Part shown: one piece after another, positions 20,002-30,887 of the stretch | Layout of the letters: every line of letters begins with the position of its first letter | How positions within the stretch are numbered: position 1 is the first letter of the stretch | Assembly (NCBI GenBank): GCA_964558395.1 | Contig: CAZLDS010000009.1 | Coordinates: 6,494-70,493 of the forward strand | DNA: 64,000 nt | Source of the DNA: an uncultured bacterium | GTDB lineage: Bacteria > Methylomirabilota > Methylomirabilia > Methylomirabilales > CSP1-5 | Direction: 5' to 3' | Position numbers and translations under genes: made by a program | The notes under the pieces: model-generated | Seen by the model: only the letters and a program-made list of their open reading frames with translations | What the model was told of the DNA's origin: nothing | The model's database searches: none

Positions 20002-21027
20002 ATGCCTAGGAAGAGGGCAAGACCCCGCATCGGCATTACCATGGGTGATCCTGCAGGGATCGGGCCGGAGATCATCGTGAAGGCGCTGGCCACGAAGACC
20101 CTCTATCGGCAGGCCATTCCGCTGGTCATTGGTGATGGTGCCACTCTCGATCGGGCTAAAGGCTATGTGGGGATAAAGGTGGCCATCCGGCGGATCGAAT
20201 CGCCAGGCGGGGTCAATGGTCGCTTTGGGCACATCGAGGTCCTGGACCTGAAAAATGTTGACCTCGAGAAGTGTCCTCCGGGGGTCCTGTCGGCCGCAGC
20301 CGGACGCGCCGCGGTCGAGTACGTCTGGAAGGGGATCGAGCTGGCTCAAGCCGGCGAACTGGATGCAGTAGTCACGGCCCCACTGAATAAAGAGGCGATG
20401 CACCTCGCCGGCTATTCCTTGCCCGGTCATACCGAAATCTTTGCGGAGCGGACAGGAACCCGAACGTACGCACTGATGCTTGTGGCGGGAAGGTTCCGTG
20501 TGCTGCATGTCTCCTCCCACGTCTCCCTTCGGGAGGCGTGTGATCGGGTCAAAAAAGAGCGTGTATTGCAAGTGATCCGCTTGGCACACGACGTTGGGGG
20601 GGCATGGAATCTTCACCGGCCGCGGATAGCGGTGGTCGGCTTGAACCCGCACGCGGGAGAGCAGGGGCTCTTTGGGCGCGAAGAACAAGCGGAGATTGAG
20701 CCGGCGGTGCAGGCGGCTCGGGCCGAGGGGATCAATGTTGCAGGTCCCTGGCCTCCGGACACCCTGTTTCATCGTGCGCCTCGAGGCGAGTTCGATTTCG
20801 TCGTCGCGATGTACCACGATCAGGGACATATCCCAGTCAAGCTCCAGAATTTCGATCGCGGCGTGAATGTGACCGTCGGCCTTCCGATCATCCGGACCTC
20901 GGTCGCTCATGGAACCGCCTTTGACATTGCCGGCAAGGGGACAGCCAACCCCCAGAGTCTTCTGGAAGCACTCCGGTTAGCCATCCGGATGGCCCAACAG
21001 CGAGAACCTCGTCCGCAGTCCTCCTGA
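20002..21027 (+). CDS. pdxA: 4-hydroxythreonine-4-phosphate dehydrogenase PdxA / PdxA2 family
   Basis: ITMGDPAGIGPE, TAPLNKEA, PGHTE, GLNPHAGE, AMYHDQGH, GLPIIRTSVAHGTAFDIAG. Confidence 0.93.
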   Translation: MPRKRARPRIGITMGDPAGIGPEIIVKALATKTLYRQAIPLVIGDGATLDRAKGYVGIKVAIRRIESPGGVNGRFGHIEVLDLKNVDLEKCPPGVLSAAAGRAAVEYVWKGIELAQAGELDAVVTAPLNKEAMHLAGYSLPGHTEIFAERTGTRTYALMLVAGRFRVLHVSSHVSLREACDRVKKERVLQVIRLAHDVGGAWNLHRPRIAVVGLNPHAGEQGLFGREEQAEIEPAVQAARAEGINVAGPWPPDTLFHRAPRGEFDFVVAMYHDQGHIPVKLQNFDRGVNVTVGLPIIRTSVAHGTAFDIAGKGTANPQSLLEALRLAIRMAQQREPRPQSS

Positions 21028-21153
21028 TTTCCTGGGTGGATCTGTCATGGCGATGCTCACCTATCGATTTACATTCGCAAAAATGTTCGGAGCAAGACAG
21101 GCGGGGGGAACTCCCGAGTTGGGTTTCGGGGATTCATCTGACTGGAGGTCAAC

Positions 21154-21564
21154 GTGAAGGAGTGGATACTGCCAAGTGTCGGCGCTTTCGTCCTCTGGGG
21201 GTTATGGAGCTTTATTCCGAAAATTACCATCAGGTACATCAGTCCAAAAAGTGCGATCGTGTACGAGGTCGTCGGCGGCATCTGTGTCGCCACGCTCGTT
21301 CTCTATTCGCTGAATTTTCGACCGGACTTGCACCCAAAGGGCGTGGCCCTTGCCATCACAACTGGATTCCTCGGCTTTCTTGGAGCACTGTGCTTCCTCT
21401 TTGCGGTGTCAGAGGGACCCGTGTCTCTTATCGTCACTGTAACGGCGCTGTATCCGGTAATCAGTATCCTGTTGGCCATGTCTATCTTGAAAGAACCCAT
21501 TACCGTAAAACAGGGGATGGGGATTCTTTTCGCCTTAACCGCGATCTATCTTGTTACGACCTAA
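21154..21564 (+). CDS. EamA/DMT-family small transporter
   Basis: Five hydrophobic helices; GPVSLIVTVTALYP...LKEPIT motif. Confidence 0.85.
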   Translation: MKEWILPSVGAFVLWGLWSFIPKITIRYISPKSAIVYEVVGGICVATLVLYSLNFRPDLHPKGVALAITTGFLGFLGALCFLFAVSEGPVSLIVTVTALYPVISILLAMSILKEPITVKQGMGILFALTAIYLVTT

Positions 21565-21590
21565 GAAATCTTCGCATCAGAGGCTTGGTG

Positions 21591-22190
21591 ATGAAACATG
21601 GAAAACAGGGCATTCGGGTCGTAGCGATTTCCGGGAGTGTACGTCCGGGGAATTTCACCTCACATGCCTTAAACCTGGTCGTCGACGAATTCCGGCAACA
21701 TTCCGATGTCGGACTTGAAGTCATCGATCCGGCTACGGTGAAGCTGCCTTTACCTGGCACCGGAAAGGAATCCCCCGCAGCGCAGCGGGTGAAGGCCGCC
21801 GTGGCGCAGGCGACTGGAGTCGTCCTGGCCACACCGGAATACCACGGCAGTTATAGCAGCGTGATCAAGTTGGTCATCGAGAATCTCGGATTTCCTTCGG
21901 TCCTGGGGGGCAAACCGGTGGCGCTGCTCGGGGTCGCTGCGGGAACGATCGGGGCGATCAAAGCGCTGGAACACTTGCGCAGCGTTTGCTCCCACGTCGG
22001 GGCGATCGTCCTGCCGGGCCCCGTTTCTGTCGCCGAAGTCCATAAAGTATTTGATGGGGATGGCCGGTGCATCAACGCGGCGATTGAGAAGCGGATCCGC
22101 GGCGTCGCCCAGAACTTGATTGACTACATTCGTACCAATGTCTGCCCCCGGGTGGCGCTCGAGGAGATAGTCCGGAGGGGTAAGCTGTGA
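21591..22190 (+). CDS. NADPH-dependent FMN reductase
   Basis: ISGSVRPG, ATPEYHGSYSSVIK, GKPVAL. Confidence 0.92.
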   Translation: MKHGKQGIRVVAISGSVRPGNFTSHALNLVVDEFRQHSDVGLEVIDPATVKLPLPGTGKESPAAQRVKAAVAQATGVVLATPEYHGSYSSVIKLVIENLGFPSVLGGKPVALLGVAAGTIGAIKALEHLRSVCSHVGAIVLPGPVSVAEVHKVFDGDGRCINAAIEKRIRGVAQNLIDYIRTNVCPRVALEEIVRRGKL

Positions 22191-22257
22191 TAGACAGATG
22201 ACCCATAGATTCAGATGGGCCGGTCGATATGGATGGATAATGACACGGGGGGGATAA

Positions 22258-23799
22258 ATGATGGACCCGGCCGTTTTTGAGAATCCGTTGCGCGAGGGCT
22301 TGCGCTTGGAACGCGCGGCCGAGCCCTGCGTGGCTGTCATCTTTGGGGCATCGGGAGACTTGACCAAGCGCAAGCTCGTTCCCGCTCTCTACAGTTTGGC
22401 GACACAGCACCTGTTGGCGAGAGGGTTTTCGGTCGTCGGTACTGGGCGGACGCCGATGAATCATGACGCCTTTCGCGCGGCCATGCGGGATGCGGTCAAC
22501 CGGTATTCCGACGCCGGGCCCCCTGATAATGCTCTCTGGGACACTTTCGCCGCCGGCCTGTTCTACACGCCGACTGACACCAAGAAGGCGGAGACTTATG
22601 GCAATCTGAAAGAGCTATTGGGCAAAGTCGACCGTGAACGAGGGACGGCGGGCAATCGATTGTTTTACATCTCAACGCCTCCTACCCTCTACAGCGATAT
22701 CATCCGGCTCCTTGGCGCCACGGGGTTGAATCGCGCTCCAGATGGAGGCTGGACCCGCATCATTATAGAAAAACCATTTGGGGAAGATTTGCAGAGTGCC
22801 CGGGCGCTGAATCGGGAGGTCTTGCAAGTTTTTACAGAAGACCAGGTCTACCGCATCGATCACTACCTGGGGAAGGAAACGGTACAAAATATTATGGTCC
22901 TGCGATTCGCCAACGGGATTTTCGAGCCGATCTGGAATCGGCGCTACATCGACCATGTGCAGATCACGGCGGCCGAGAACCTCGGAGTTGAGGATCGCGG
23001 CGGATACTACGATCATGCGGGGGCATTTCGGGACATGATCGAGAACCACTTGGTCCAGGTCCTGGCACACGTGGCGATGGAGCCCGTCGCGACAATGGAG
23101 GCGAATGCCGTTCGAGATGAAAAGACGAAGGTCGTGCGCGCGATCCGCCCGATCCCTCCCGAAGAGATCGACCAATTTGCCGTCCGAGGCCAGTATGGGG
23201 AAGGCTTGGTCGGGGGGGCGCCGGTCAAGGGGTACCGGCAGGAAAAGAACGTGAACCCGGAATCGAGTACCGAGACCTATGCCGCCGTCAAGTTCTTGAT
23301 TGACAACTGGCGGTGGGCGGAAGTGCCATTCTATCTGCGGTCGGGTAAGCGGTTGCCTAAGCGGGTCACCGAGGTGGCCATCCAATTTCGGCGCGCCCCC
23401 CATCTCTTGTTCAAACACGCGACGAGCGGACCGTTGGAACCCAATGCCCTGATCCTTCACCTTCAGCCGGATGAGGGCATCTCGCTGAACTTCAACGCCA
23501 AGATGCCGGGTCAGGCCGTAAATATTCGGCCAGTCAGGATGGATTTTAAATATGGAACGTCGTTCGGGAAGCGATCCCCCGAGGCCTACGAGCGACTATT
23601 GCTAGATGCGATGTTGGGCGACTCCACCCTGTTTGCCAGGGGTGACACCGTAGAGATCGCCTGGGAGCTGACAACGCCCATTCTGGAGGCCTGGCGGCAG
23701 CCGGCTAGCCATTTCCCCAACTATGAGGCAGGAAGCTGGGGGCCGAAGGAAGTGGATGAGTTCATCGAGCGAGACGGTCGTCGGTGGAGACGGCCATAA
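22258..23799 (+). CDS. zwf: Glucose-6-phosphate 1-dehydrogenase
   Basis: IFGASGDL, EKPFG, RIDHYLGKE, PFYLRSGK. Confidence 0.98.
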   Translation: MMDPAVFENPLREGLRLERAAEPCVAVIFGASGDLTKRKLVPALYSLATQHLLARGFSVVGTGRTPMNHDAFRAAMRDAVNRYSDAGPPDNALWDTFAAGLFYTPTDTKKAETYGNLKELLGKVDRERGTAGNRLFYISTPPTLYSDIIRLLGATGLNRAPDGGWTRIIIEKPFGEDLQSARALNREVLQVFTEDQVYRIDHYLGKETVQNIMVLRFANGIFEPIWNRRYIDHVQITAAENLGVEDRGGYYDHAGAFRDMIENHLVQVLAHVAMEPVATMEANAVRDEKTKVVRAIRPIPPEEIDQFAVRGQYGEGLVGGAPVKGYRQEKNVNPESSTETYAAVKFLIDNWRWAEVPFYLRSGKRLPKRVTEVAIQFRRAPHLLFKHATSGPLEPNALILHLQPDEGISLNFNAKMPGQAVNIRPVRMDFKYGTSFGKRSPEAYERLLLDAMLGDSTLFARGDTVEIAWELTTPILEAWRQPASHFPNYEAGSWGPKEVDEFIERDGRRWRRP

Positions 23800-23836
23800 G
23801 AGAAGGACGGAACACCGCAAAGCGAGACAGGGTACG

Positions 23837-24982
23837 ATGATAAAACCCCAAACCGAATTACAAATCTCGGGAGGCGTAAACGTTCACGCGATCGAGGGCG
23901 AGTTGCGCCACCTCTGGGAACAGATGGCCGAAACCTCCCGGGCAGAAGGCCAGCAACCGGTCATGCGGGTGTGTGCTTTGAATATGGTGGTGTATACGCC
24001 TGGCCAACATGCCGCAGGCGAAGTCAGTCAGGTCATGGCGGAGGTGACAACCCAACATCCCAGCCGCATTTTCGTGATCCATCCCACATCTGGAGCGTCC
24101 GAGTCCCCGCTCGGTGCCTGGGTGACAGCTGTCTGTCACCTTTCCGCCGGCGGTCATAAGCAGGTGTGTTGTGAGCAAATCATGATCACAGCCCAAGAAG
24201 ACGCCGTAGACCGGCTGCCGAGTCTCGTCAGATCGCTGCTGGAGCCAGACCTCCCTGTCGTCCTGTGGTGGCGCGATATGCCCGACTTCGAGAGTCATCT
24301 GTTTGGTGAGTTAGCGCAGGCCTCCGACCGGGTCATTATTGATTCAGCCATGGTGCAGGATTCTGAGCAAGCAACGGCTGCGCTCGGAGCACTCATCAAG
24401 GAAAGACAACAATGGACTGCATTCATCGACCTCAGTTGGTCGCGACTGACTCCGTGGCGTGTTGCGGTTGCCGGGTTCTTCGACACCCCGGATTGTCGTG
24501 CCTGCCTGGGCCGACTCAACCGCGTGGAGATCGAGTGTACACGGGGTCAGGACACTCATCGGTCGATTCCCAGCCAGGCTCTGCTCTTGGCGTGTTGGTT
24601 GGGCAGTCGTTTGCGATGGCGCTGGGCGTCGAAACCCCGGTGGAGTGGAGATCATTCGTATCAGTTGGAATTGGCGTCAGAGAATCGCCCCATTGAGCTC
24701 CAGATCGAGACGAGCGGCTCCGCGAAGGGAAATCCTGGCGAGGTCGGTTCGGTCAGGCTGTTCGCCAAGGGTGAACCGTCGGCACGATTCGTGGTCTCGA
24801 GAAGTGAGGATGACTTGTACTTGCAGACCGATGGGCAACTGGCGGGCACAAAGTTGGCCGCGAAGGCATTCCCCCTGGGCGATCGACACGAGGCGCCGCT
24901 CATCAGCAAGGAGCTTGAGATTCTGGATCATGACGTGATGTTTGAGCAAGCGCTTGCGTTCTTCGCCGCGATTCCCAAATAA
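23837..24982 (+). CDS. opcA: G6PD assembly protein OpcA
   Basis: Follows zwf; HPSRI, CCEQI, LEPDLPVVLWW, VIIDS, DLSWSRLTPWR. Confidence 0.92.
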   Translation: MIKPQTELQISGGVNVHAIEGELRHLWEQMAETSRAEGQQPVMRVCALNMVVYTPGQHAAGEVSQVMAEVTTQHPSRIFVIHPTSGASESPLGAWVTAVCHLSAGGHKQVCCEQIMITAQEDAVDRLPSLVRSLLEPDLPVVLWWRDMPDFESHLFGELAQASDRVIIDSAMVQDSEQATAALGALIKERQQWTAFIDLSWSRLTPWRVAVAGFFDTPDCRACLGRLNRVEIECTRGQDTHRSIPSQALLLACWLGSRLRWRWASKPRWSGDHSYQLELASENRPIELQIETSGSAKGNPGEVGSVRLFAKGEPSARFVVSRSEDDLYLQTDGQLAGTKLAAKAFPLGDRHEAPLISKELEILDHDVMFEQALAFFAAIPK

Positions 24983-25007
24983 GGCATGATCAAGGAGAGC
25001 TGGGGAC

Positions 25008-26027
25008 ATGATCCTGGCAGGTGATGTCGGCGGGACCAAGAGCAACCTCGCCCTCTTTGCCATCGAGGGTGGTCGGCTCTCGCCGATCGTCGAGCAGACG
25101 CTACCCAGCCACGACTACGCAGGACTTGAAGACCTGACCCGTGAATTTCTCCGTCAGGTCACCAGTCAATCGCCATCCGTCCCCATTGATCAGATCTCAG
25201 CTGTGTGTTTTGGCGTGGCGGGCCCCGTGGTCGGCGAACGCTGCGAGACCCCCAACCTGCCTTGGACGATTAGGGTGCAGACACTTCGACAGGCGCTCGG
25301 ATTCCAGGTCGTCACGTTGGTCAACGATTTAGAGGCGACGGGGTATGGCATCCCGTCGCTGGGACGGAATGAGTTCATCACCCTCAACGAAGGATCGCTC
25401 AGCGAGAAGGGGAATGCCGCCCTCATCGCCGCTGGGACCGGACTCGGGGAGGCGATGCTGTACTGGGACAGACAGGACTTCATCCCGATCGCATCAGAGG
25501 GCGGGCACGCTGACTTTGCCCCCCGCACTCCCCTCGAGATCGAGATGCTGCGCTATCTGCTGGCTCGCCTCGGCCGTGTCAGCTACGAAAGGGTGCTTTC
25601 GGGTCCCGGCCTATTTAACATTTACAGCTTTCTGAAGGACGCCGGCCACGGGGAAGAGCCAGCCTGGCTCACTGAACAGTTGCAATACGGCGACCCAAGC
25701 GCTGTTATCGGGAAGGCCGCATTGGCCAACCAAAATGAGCTCTGCGTTAAGGCACTGGATATTTTCGTGTCGATATACGGAGCGGAAGCGGGCAATCTGG
25801 CGCTTAAAGTCAAAGCCGTCGGTGGGGTGTACATCGGTGGCGGTATTGCGCCAAAGATCATCGATAAACTCCGTGATGGGACCTTTATGAAGGCGTTCAC
25901 CGACAAGGGTCGACTTTCTCCGTTACTTGAAGCCATTCCGGTTCGAGTCATTCTTAACCCGAAGACTGCCCTCTATGGCGCGGCGCGATTCGCCGCGTTG
26001 CTTGTCGACGTCTCACGGGGGCAGTGA
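25008..26027 (+). CDS. glk: Glucokinase
   Basis: LAGDVGGTK, GVAGPV, VNDLEA, GTGLG, SEGGH, GGVYIGGGIAP. Confidence 0.96.
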   Translation: MILAGDVGGTKSNLALFAIEGGRLSPIVEQTLPSHDYAGLEDLTREFLRQVTSQSPSVPIDQISAVCFGVAGPVVGERCETPNLPWTIRVQTLRQALGFQVVTLVNDLEATGYGIPSLGRNEFITLNEGSLSEKGNAALIAAGTGLGEAMLYWDRQDFIPIASEGGHADFAPRTPLEIEMLRYLLARLGRVSYERVLSGPGLFNIYSFLKDAGHGEEPAWLTEQLQYGDPSAVIGKAALANQNELCVKALDIFVSIYGAEAGNLALKVKAVGGVYIGGGIAPKIIDKLRDGTFMKAFTDKGRLSPLLEAIPVRVILNPKTALYGAARFAALLVDVSRGQ

Positions 26028-26036
26028 GGTAGCGGA

Positions 26037-26543
26037 GTGGCTGCCGAGAAGGAGCAAACAACGGTCACCGTGATGATTGAAATCCCGAAAGGGAGTCGGA
26101 ATAAATACGAATACGACAAAGAGAAAAGGGTGCTCCGGTTCGATCGGATGTTGTTTTCTGCCGTGCATTATCCCAGTGACTATGGCTTTATTCCAGAGAC
26201 GTTGGCCGAGGATGGAGATCCACTGGACGCCCTTGTGCTGGTGTGGGAACCGACCTTCCCCGGCTGTCTGATTGAGGCGAGACCCGTGGGATTGTTCAAA
26301 ATGTGGGATGAGAAGGGCCCGGACGAGAAAATCCTATGTGTGCCTGTTTCGGATCCCTTATGGAATTACATCGAACGCCTGGCTGATGTGCCGCCACATC
26401 TCCTCAAGGAGATCGAGCACTTTTTCGCCATTTACAAAGACCTGGAGCAGAAAAAAGTTGGGGTCGAAGGGTGGGAGGACCGCCAGGCAGCTCTTAAAGT
26501 CATAGCGGAGTCGATAGAGAGATACAAAAGACGCGTCTTGTAA
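26037..26543 (+). CDS. ppa: Inorganic pyrophosphatase (family I)
   Basis: EIPKGSRNKYE, YPSDYG, DGDPLD, DEKI. Confidence 0.96.
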   Translation: MAAEKEQTTVTVMIEIPKGSRNKYEYDKEKRVLRFDRMLFSAVHYPSDYGFIPETLAEDGDPLDALVLVWEPTFPGCLIEARPVGLFKMWDEKGPDEKILCVPVSDPLWNYIERLADVPPHLLKEIEHFFAIYKDLEQKKVGVEGWEDRQAALKVIAESIERYKRRVL

Positions 26544-26555
26544 GACCACCCCCTC

Positions 26556-29378
26556 TTAGACCTCGAGCCCGTAATTCTTCATCCGCGTTCGAAGCTGCGT
26601 CCGGCTGAGTCCGAGAAGTTTGCTTGCCTTCGACTTGTTGTACTTCGCCTGCTCGAGAGCTTGGAGGATGAGGGTCTTCTCCAGATCTGCCAGAGCAATT
26701 CCGCCAGCAGGGAGTTTGAACGCCTCGCCGCTTAGGGGTTGTGCCCCGGGCTGCTCCCGGAGCAAGAGCGATAGCTCCTGCAGGATCACGACCGCTCCCC
26801 GACAGAGGATCACCGCCCGTTCCATAACATTCTCCAACTCGCGAACGTTGCCCGGCCAATGGTAGTCGTTGAGCAGTTCCCTGGCTTCTGTGGATAGCCT
26901 GGTTACCTCCTTCCCAAGCTCTCGGCTGAACTTTTGGAGGAAGTGGATCGCCAAGGGGAGGAGGTCCTCTTTCCGCTCGCGTAATGGTGGCACGGAGATC
27001 GGGTAGACATTCAGGCGATAGTAAAGGTCCGGCCTGAAACTGCGGTCTGCCACTGCGTTAACCAAGTCGCGGTGTGTGGCCGTAATCAGCCGCACATCGA
27101 CTTTTAGGGTTTGGGTCCCGCCCACTCGCTCAAATTCCTGTTCTTGCAAAACCCGCAGAAGCTTGACCTGGACCTGGAGCGGCAGATCGCCGATCTCATC
27201 GAGAAAGATCGTGCCACCGTTCGCGAGCTCGAAACGTCCGATTTTCCTGGCGATCGCGCCCGTGAAGGCTCCTTTCTCATGGCCGAATAATTCACTCTCG
27301 ATGAGACCGGTGGGCAGCGCGGCGCAGTTCACCTTAATCAGCGGCCTGTCTTTGCGCTTGCTCAGATTGTGAATGGCCCGGGCGATCAGTTCCTTACCCG
27401 TCCCCGTTTCGCCGGTCAACAGCACGGTTGCCCCGGTCGCAGCAACCTGCTCGACTTTTTGTAGGACTTTCTTTATCGCCGGAGACATCCCGATGATTTC
27501 TTCAAAATTGTGTTCAGTTTTAAGTTCTTCCTGCAAATACACATTCTCGAGCTGCAATTTGTTGAGTTCGGCCTCGGCCTGCTTCCGTTCATTGATGTCC
27601 CGCAGAATGACGGTGTAGAATTTTTGCCCAGCCGCTTCTACTTGCGAGATGGTCCCTTCGATGGGAAACTCATGGCCATCGGCGCGTAAGGCAGTGAGGC
27701 TGGCGGGGATCCACCGGTAGGGCTTGGCCTGATCGCCCTGTTCGAGCGCCGTGACATGCTCGGTGAGGACGCGGCGGAGCGGGTCGGACAGGAACCGGCT
27801 CAATGGCTGATCGATCGCCGCTGCGGTGGGGCAGCGGAAGACATGTTCCGCAGCTCTGTTGAATAGTCTGATGCGCTGGTCGACGTTGATAGTGACAACG
27901 GCGTCCATAGCGGACTCTAGGATGCGAGCGAGCCGTTCCTCACTCTCTCGCAACGCCTCCTCGGCCCGCTTCCGGTCGGTGATATCTTGGACGGTCCCCT
28001 CGTAGTAAAGCACCGCGCCGCTTGGATCGCGGACAGCGCGCGCACTTTCCGAGATCCATATCGCACTGCCGTCTCTGCGATAAACCTGCGACTCTAGTCC
28101 CAACACAGCGTTCTGTTCCTGCAACAGACGGATGAAATCGGCACGGCGGGTGGGTTCTACATAGAGTTGTGGTCCGATATCAGTGAGATTCTCGACGAGT
28201 TCCTCGGGAGACTCGTACCCATAGATGCGCGCCAGTGCAGAATTGGCGCTGATGTACCGCCCATCTGGCGTGGTTTGGAAGATCCCCTCGACGGCATGCT
28301 CGAAAATGCTGCGATACTTCTCTTCGGCTTGCCGCAGCGCGGCTTCCGCCCGGGTGCGTTCCACGATTTCCCTTCTCAGAGTCTGGTTGGCGACCGTGAG
28401 TTCGGCCGTCCGTTCATCGACGCGGATCTCTAGTGAGTCGTGCGCCTGTTGGAGTGCCGCCTTGGACCGGGTGCGCTCAATCACCCGCCCGAGTTGCGTG
28501 CCGATGTGACCCATGACGTTCAATAATGGCTCGTCAGGCTCGAGGGCCTCGGCCGAGAAGAACTCGAGGACCGCCACCACTTCGGTTCCCACCAACACCG
28601 GGAAGCCGAAACCGGCCTTGACGCCAATATCCTTGGCCAACTCGGCCCGCGGAAAGTTCGGGTCCTTGGTCACATCGATAATCCACGCGGGCCTTCCAGT
28701 GGCCAAGACCCGCCCCGGCAGGCCCACTCCCGGGGCGAAGTGGGTCACCTCTGTCACCCTGCGGAACGTCTCAAATTGTTCCGGGTTCTCAAGATGCCAG
28801 ATGCCTGCGGGAACGAGTTCTCCGTCAGCGCGGATATACACGTCGCCGACTGGCCATCCTGTATGAGCACAGACCTGATCGAGGGTGTACTGGAGAACCT
28901 TCTCGGGGGTCGATGCCTCATTCGCCGCCACCGCGACTCTTTGGAGCAATTCCACGAACGCGGCCTTCTGATGTAGGGCCGCCTCCGACCGTCTGCGCTC
29001 GGCGACGTCACGTATAGCGCTCGAGATGAGGACTCCCTCCTCGGTCTCGAGGGGACTCAGGCTGATCTCAGCTGGAAACTCGCTCCCATCCTTACGCCGA
29101 GCGAAGAGATCCAGCCCAGAACCCATAGGGCGGACACGAGGATGGGTGGTGTAGGCCACGCGCTGGTGCGTGTGTTCTCCCCGGACGCGTTCGGGTACCA
29201 GGATCTCGACTGTCTCTCCGAGCAATTCCTCCCTGGAGTAGCCAAAAAGCCTCTCCGTTTGCTCGTTAACCAGGACGATATTCCCATACTGGTCGACGAC
29301 GACGACGGCGTCCGGCGCGGACTCGAAGACCTGCCGAAACCTATGCCCTGGCTCCCTTATCTCCTTATCTTTTTTCAT
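26556..29378 (-). CDS. Sigma54-dependent activator, PAS-GAF-PAS-PAS-AAA+-HTH (FhlA-like)
   Basis: [28 protein letters not shown], Fis-type HTH; three PAS/PAC repeats and a GAF domain; start ATG 29378 with GAGG RBS. Confidence 0.95.
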   Translation of the reverse strand: MKKDKEIREPGHRFRQVFESAPDAVVVVDQYGNIVLVNEQTERLFGYSREELLGETVEILVPERVRGEHTHQRVAYTTHPRVRPMGSGLDLFARRKDGSEFPAEISLSPLETEEGVLISSAIRDVAERRRSEAALHQKAAFVELLQRVAVAANEASTPEKVLQYTLDQVCAHTGWPVGDVYIRADGELVPAGIWHLENPEQFETFRRVTEVTHFAPGVGLPGRVLATGRPAWIIDVTKDPNFPRAELAKDIGVKAGFGFPVLVGTEVVAVLEFFSAEALEPDEPLLNVMGHIGTQLGRVIERTRSKAALQQAHDSLEIRVDERTAELTVANQTLRREIVERTRAEAALRQAEEKYRSIFEHAVEGIFQTTPDGRYISANSALARIYGYESPEELVENLTDIGPQLYVEPTRRADFIRLLQEQNAVLGLESQVYRRDGSAIWISESARAVRDPSGAVLYYEGTVQDITDRKRAEEALRESEERLARILESAMDAVVTINVDQRIRLFNRAAEHVFRCPTAAAIDQPLSRFLSDPLRRVLTEHVTALEQGDQAKPYRWIPASLTALRADGHEFPIEGTISQVEAAGQKFYTVILRDINERKQAEAELNKLQLENVYLQEELKTEHNFEEIIGMSPAIKKVLQKVEQVAATGATVLLTGETGTGKELIARAIHNLSKRKDRPLIKVNCAALPTGLIESELFGHEKGAFTGAIARKIGRFELANGGTIFLDEIGDLPLQVQVKLLRVLQEQEFERVGGTQTLKVDVRLITATHRDLVNAVADRSFRPDLYYRLNVYPISVPPLRERKEDLLPLAIHFLQKFSRELGKEVTRLSTEARELLNDYHWPGNVRELENVMERAVILCRGAVVILQELSLLLREQPGAQPLSGEAFKLPAGGIALADLEKTLILQALEQAKYNKSKASKLLGLSRTQLRTRMKNYGLEV

Positions 29379-29576
29379 GTGACACCTCGGCACCCTCATT
29401 CATGCGCTCGGGCAGCCGGTCAGGGTGCTCAGATTTAACCACAGTGTTCAGAAGTGAACAACCCCTAAAGATTGCTAAAATTTAAGGCCCTCCAAGCCTC
29501 AGGCGAACCGCTTGTTCAATTCTGTACATCCGATTGCTGGCAGGTCGTTCTCGCTCGCATCAGGTTTGGTCAGCAT

Positions 29577-29620
29577 TTTCAATTAGTTATCGGCAACACT
29601 CTTGCTGGCATGGCCCTTGC
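29577..29620 (+). promoter_or_regulatory. Sigma54 promoter (two tandem GG-N10-GC boxes) with upstream IHF-like site
   Basis: TGGCATGGCCCTTGC (29606-29620); CGGCAACACTCTTGC (29591-29605); TTTCAATTAGTTA (29577-29589, 1 mismatch to WATCAANNNNTTR). Confidence 0.7.
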
Positions 29621-29699
29621 GATAGGAAAGGGATGAACGACGCATCACAGGAGGGGGAGGCCGAAAAAAGTGGGACCCGAGAGTGAGGAGGGAGGTGCC

Positions 29700-30185
29700 A
29701 TGAGACAGAGCTTATTACACAGAATCCTTCCAGTGGCCGTGTCTGGCTTCGTGGCTATCTCGGTGGCACCGGCTCTGGCGGAAGAAGCTCCACGAGGGAT
29801 CCGGACAACGAGCGTCGGTCTGGTCTCCGTGCATGATGCAGAGTCGCAAAGAGCTATCGTCAATCTGCGGGGGGATCAGGTCATCATCCCAGGAAACGTG
29901 CCTCCGAAGGACCGCTTCATCTTACAACGGCTCATGAGCGTAGACGATCAATTGATCGTCTTTCTGTATAGCGATCCCAGATTCCAGACGCGCGTTGCCT
30001 ATGTGGAAACGTACAACTTGAATGGCGAACTGCTGGAGATCGCGTGGTACGACCCCACTTCAGGTCTGAAAAGAGTTCGGGACGTCAATCTGGGTAACCA
30101 GGACGCCAAAGGGCCAGCCAGAATTCTGAAAACCCTTGTCCCAAGCGTCGCGAAAGTGATTAGAGAGCAGACGGGGGGAAAATAA
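29700..30185 (+). CDS. Hypothetical exported protein
   Basis: GGAGG RBS; signal peptide ending APALA-EE. Confidence 0.75.
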   Translation: MRQSLLHRILPVAVSGFVAISVAPALAEEAPRGIRTTSVGLVSVHDAESQRAIVNLRGDQVIIPGNVPPKDRFILQRLMSVDDQLIVFLYSDPRFQTRVAYVETYNLNGELLEIAWYDPTSGLKRVRDVNLGNQDAKGPARILKTLVPSVAKVIREQTGGK

Positions 30186-30319
30186 TGACTAACTTTGTCG
30201 CGTTTATCCTGGGCGTCCTATTGGTCTGTCTCATCGTCGCGTGTATCCCGACGCAGGCCAAATTCACGCGACGCCGCTGCGGAACGTGCGGAATCGGCGT
30301 GCTACCCCGATGTGAATGA
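30185..30319 (+). CDS. 44-aa membrane microprotein with CxxC
   Basis: TAATG overlap with the upstream gene; MTNFVAFILGVLLVCLIVACIPTQAKFTRRRCGTCGIGVLPRCE. Confidence 0.55.
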   Translation: MTNFVAFILGVLLVCLIVACIPTQAKFTRRRCGTCGIGVLPRCE

Positions 30320-30377
30320 GGTATTTGACAGGCTTGCGCAGGAGCGTGTTGCAACGTAACAGGGACGGATAAGTCCG

Positions 30378-30887
30378 ATGCCACAGTTTCTCGATGGAAA
30401 TAGGCGGCGCCAGCGCCGCTGGGAAGCACGAGGGAGTCTTGGAGCACATGTTAGAGGGATCCCGAAGGCGTCCGTCGTCGACATCAGCCTGGCCGGGGTC
30501 CTGGTCGAACATGCGGAGACGATACGGCCCGGGACGATCTCGTTTGTGACCCTCTCTCTGCAGGGGCAACGGGGAGTCTTGAAGTGCCGAGTTATCCGAT
30601 CGGTGGGGCACCGATACGAAGTTTGTCCGACGGGAGGGCGAGACATCCTGTATCGGACAGGCCTGGAGTTTCTAACTCCCTCCGAAGCATCCCTGGGACT
30701 CATCGATAAATCCATCGACTTCGTCAACCACAATCCCCGACCGGCTATACTGCCCATCACGAAAAAACAACGGCGATCTTCCTGCGCTTGCCCGGCGGCA
30801 CCGGCCCCTGAGCCTGCCATCGGGGTGGGGCGGGCTCAGGACAAAAAATACTTGACAAAGGCGAATAGGTGTATATACTCGCAATAA
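30378..30887 (+). CDS. PilZ-domain (c-di-GMP binding) protein
   Basis: RRRQRR (RxxxR) and DISLAG (DxSxxG), ending TGLEF. Confidence 0.85.
   Translation: MPQFLDGNRRRQRRWEARGSLGAHVRGIPKASVVDISLAGVLVEHAETIRPGTISFVTLSLQGQRGVLKCRVIRSVGHRYEVCPTGGRDILYRTGLEFLTPSEASLGLIDKSIDFVNHNPRPAILPITKKQRRSSCACPAAPAPEPAIGVGRAQDKKYLTKANRCIYSQ
30852..30879 (+). promoter_or_regulatory. Sigma70 promoter of marR with overlapping putative operator
   Basis: TTGACA-N16-TATACT; GTGTATATAC overlaps the -10 box. Confidence 0.7.

Noticed and set aside
21036-22190. 384-aa fused ORF
   Set aside because: The first half is an off-frame overlap of the EamA gene; the reductase starts at 21591
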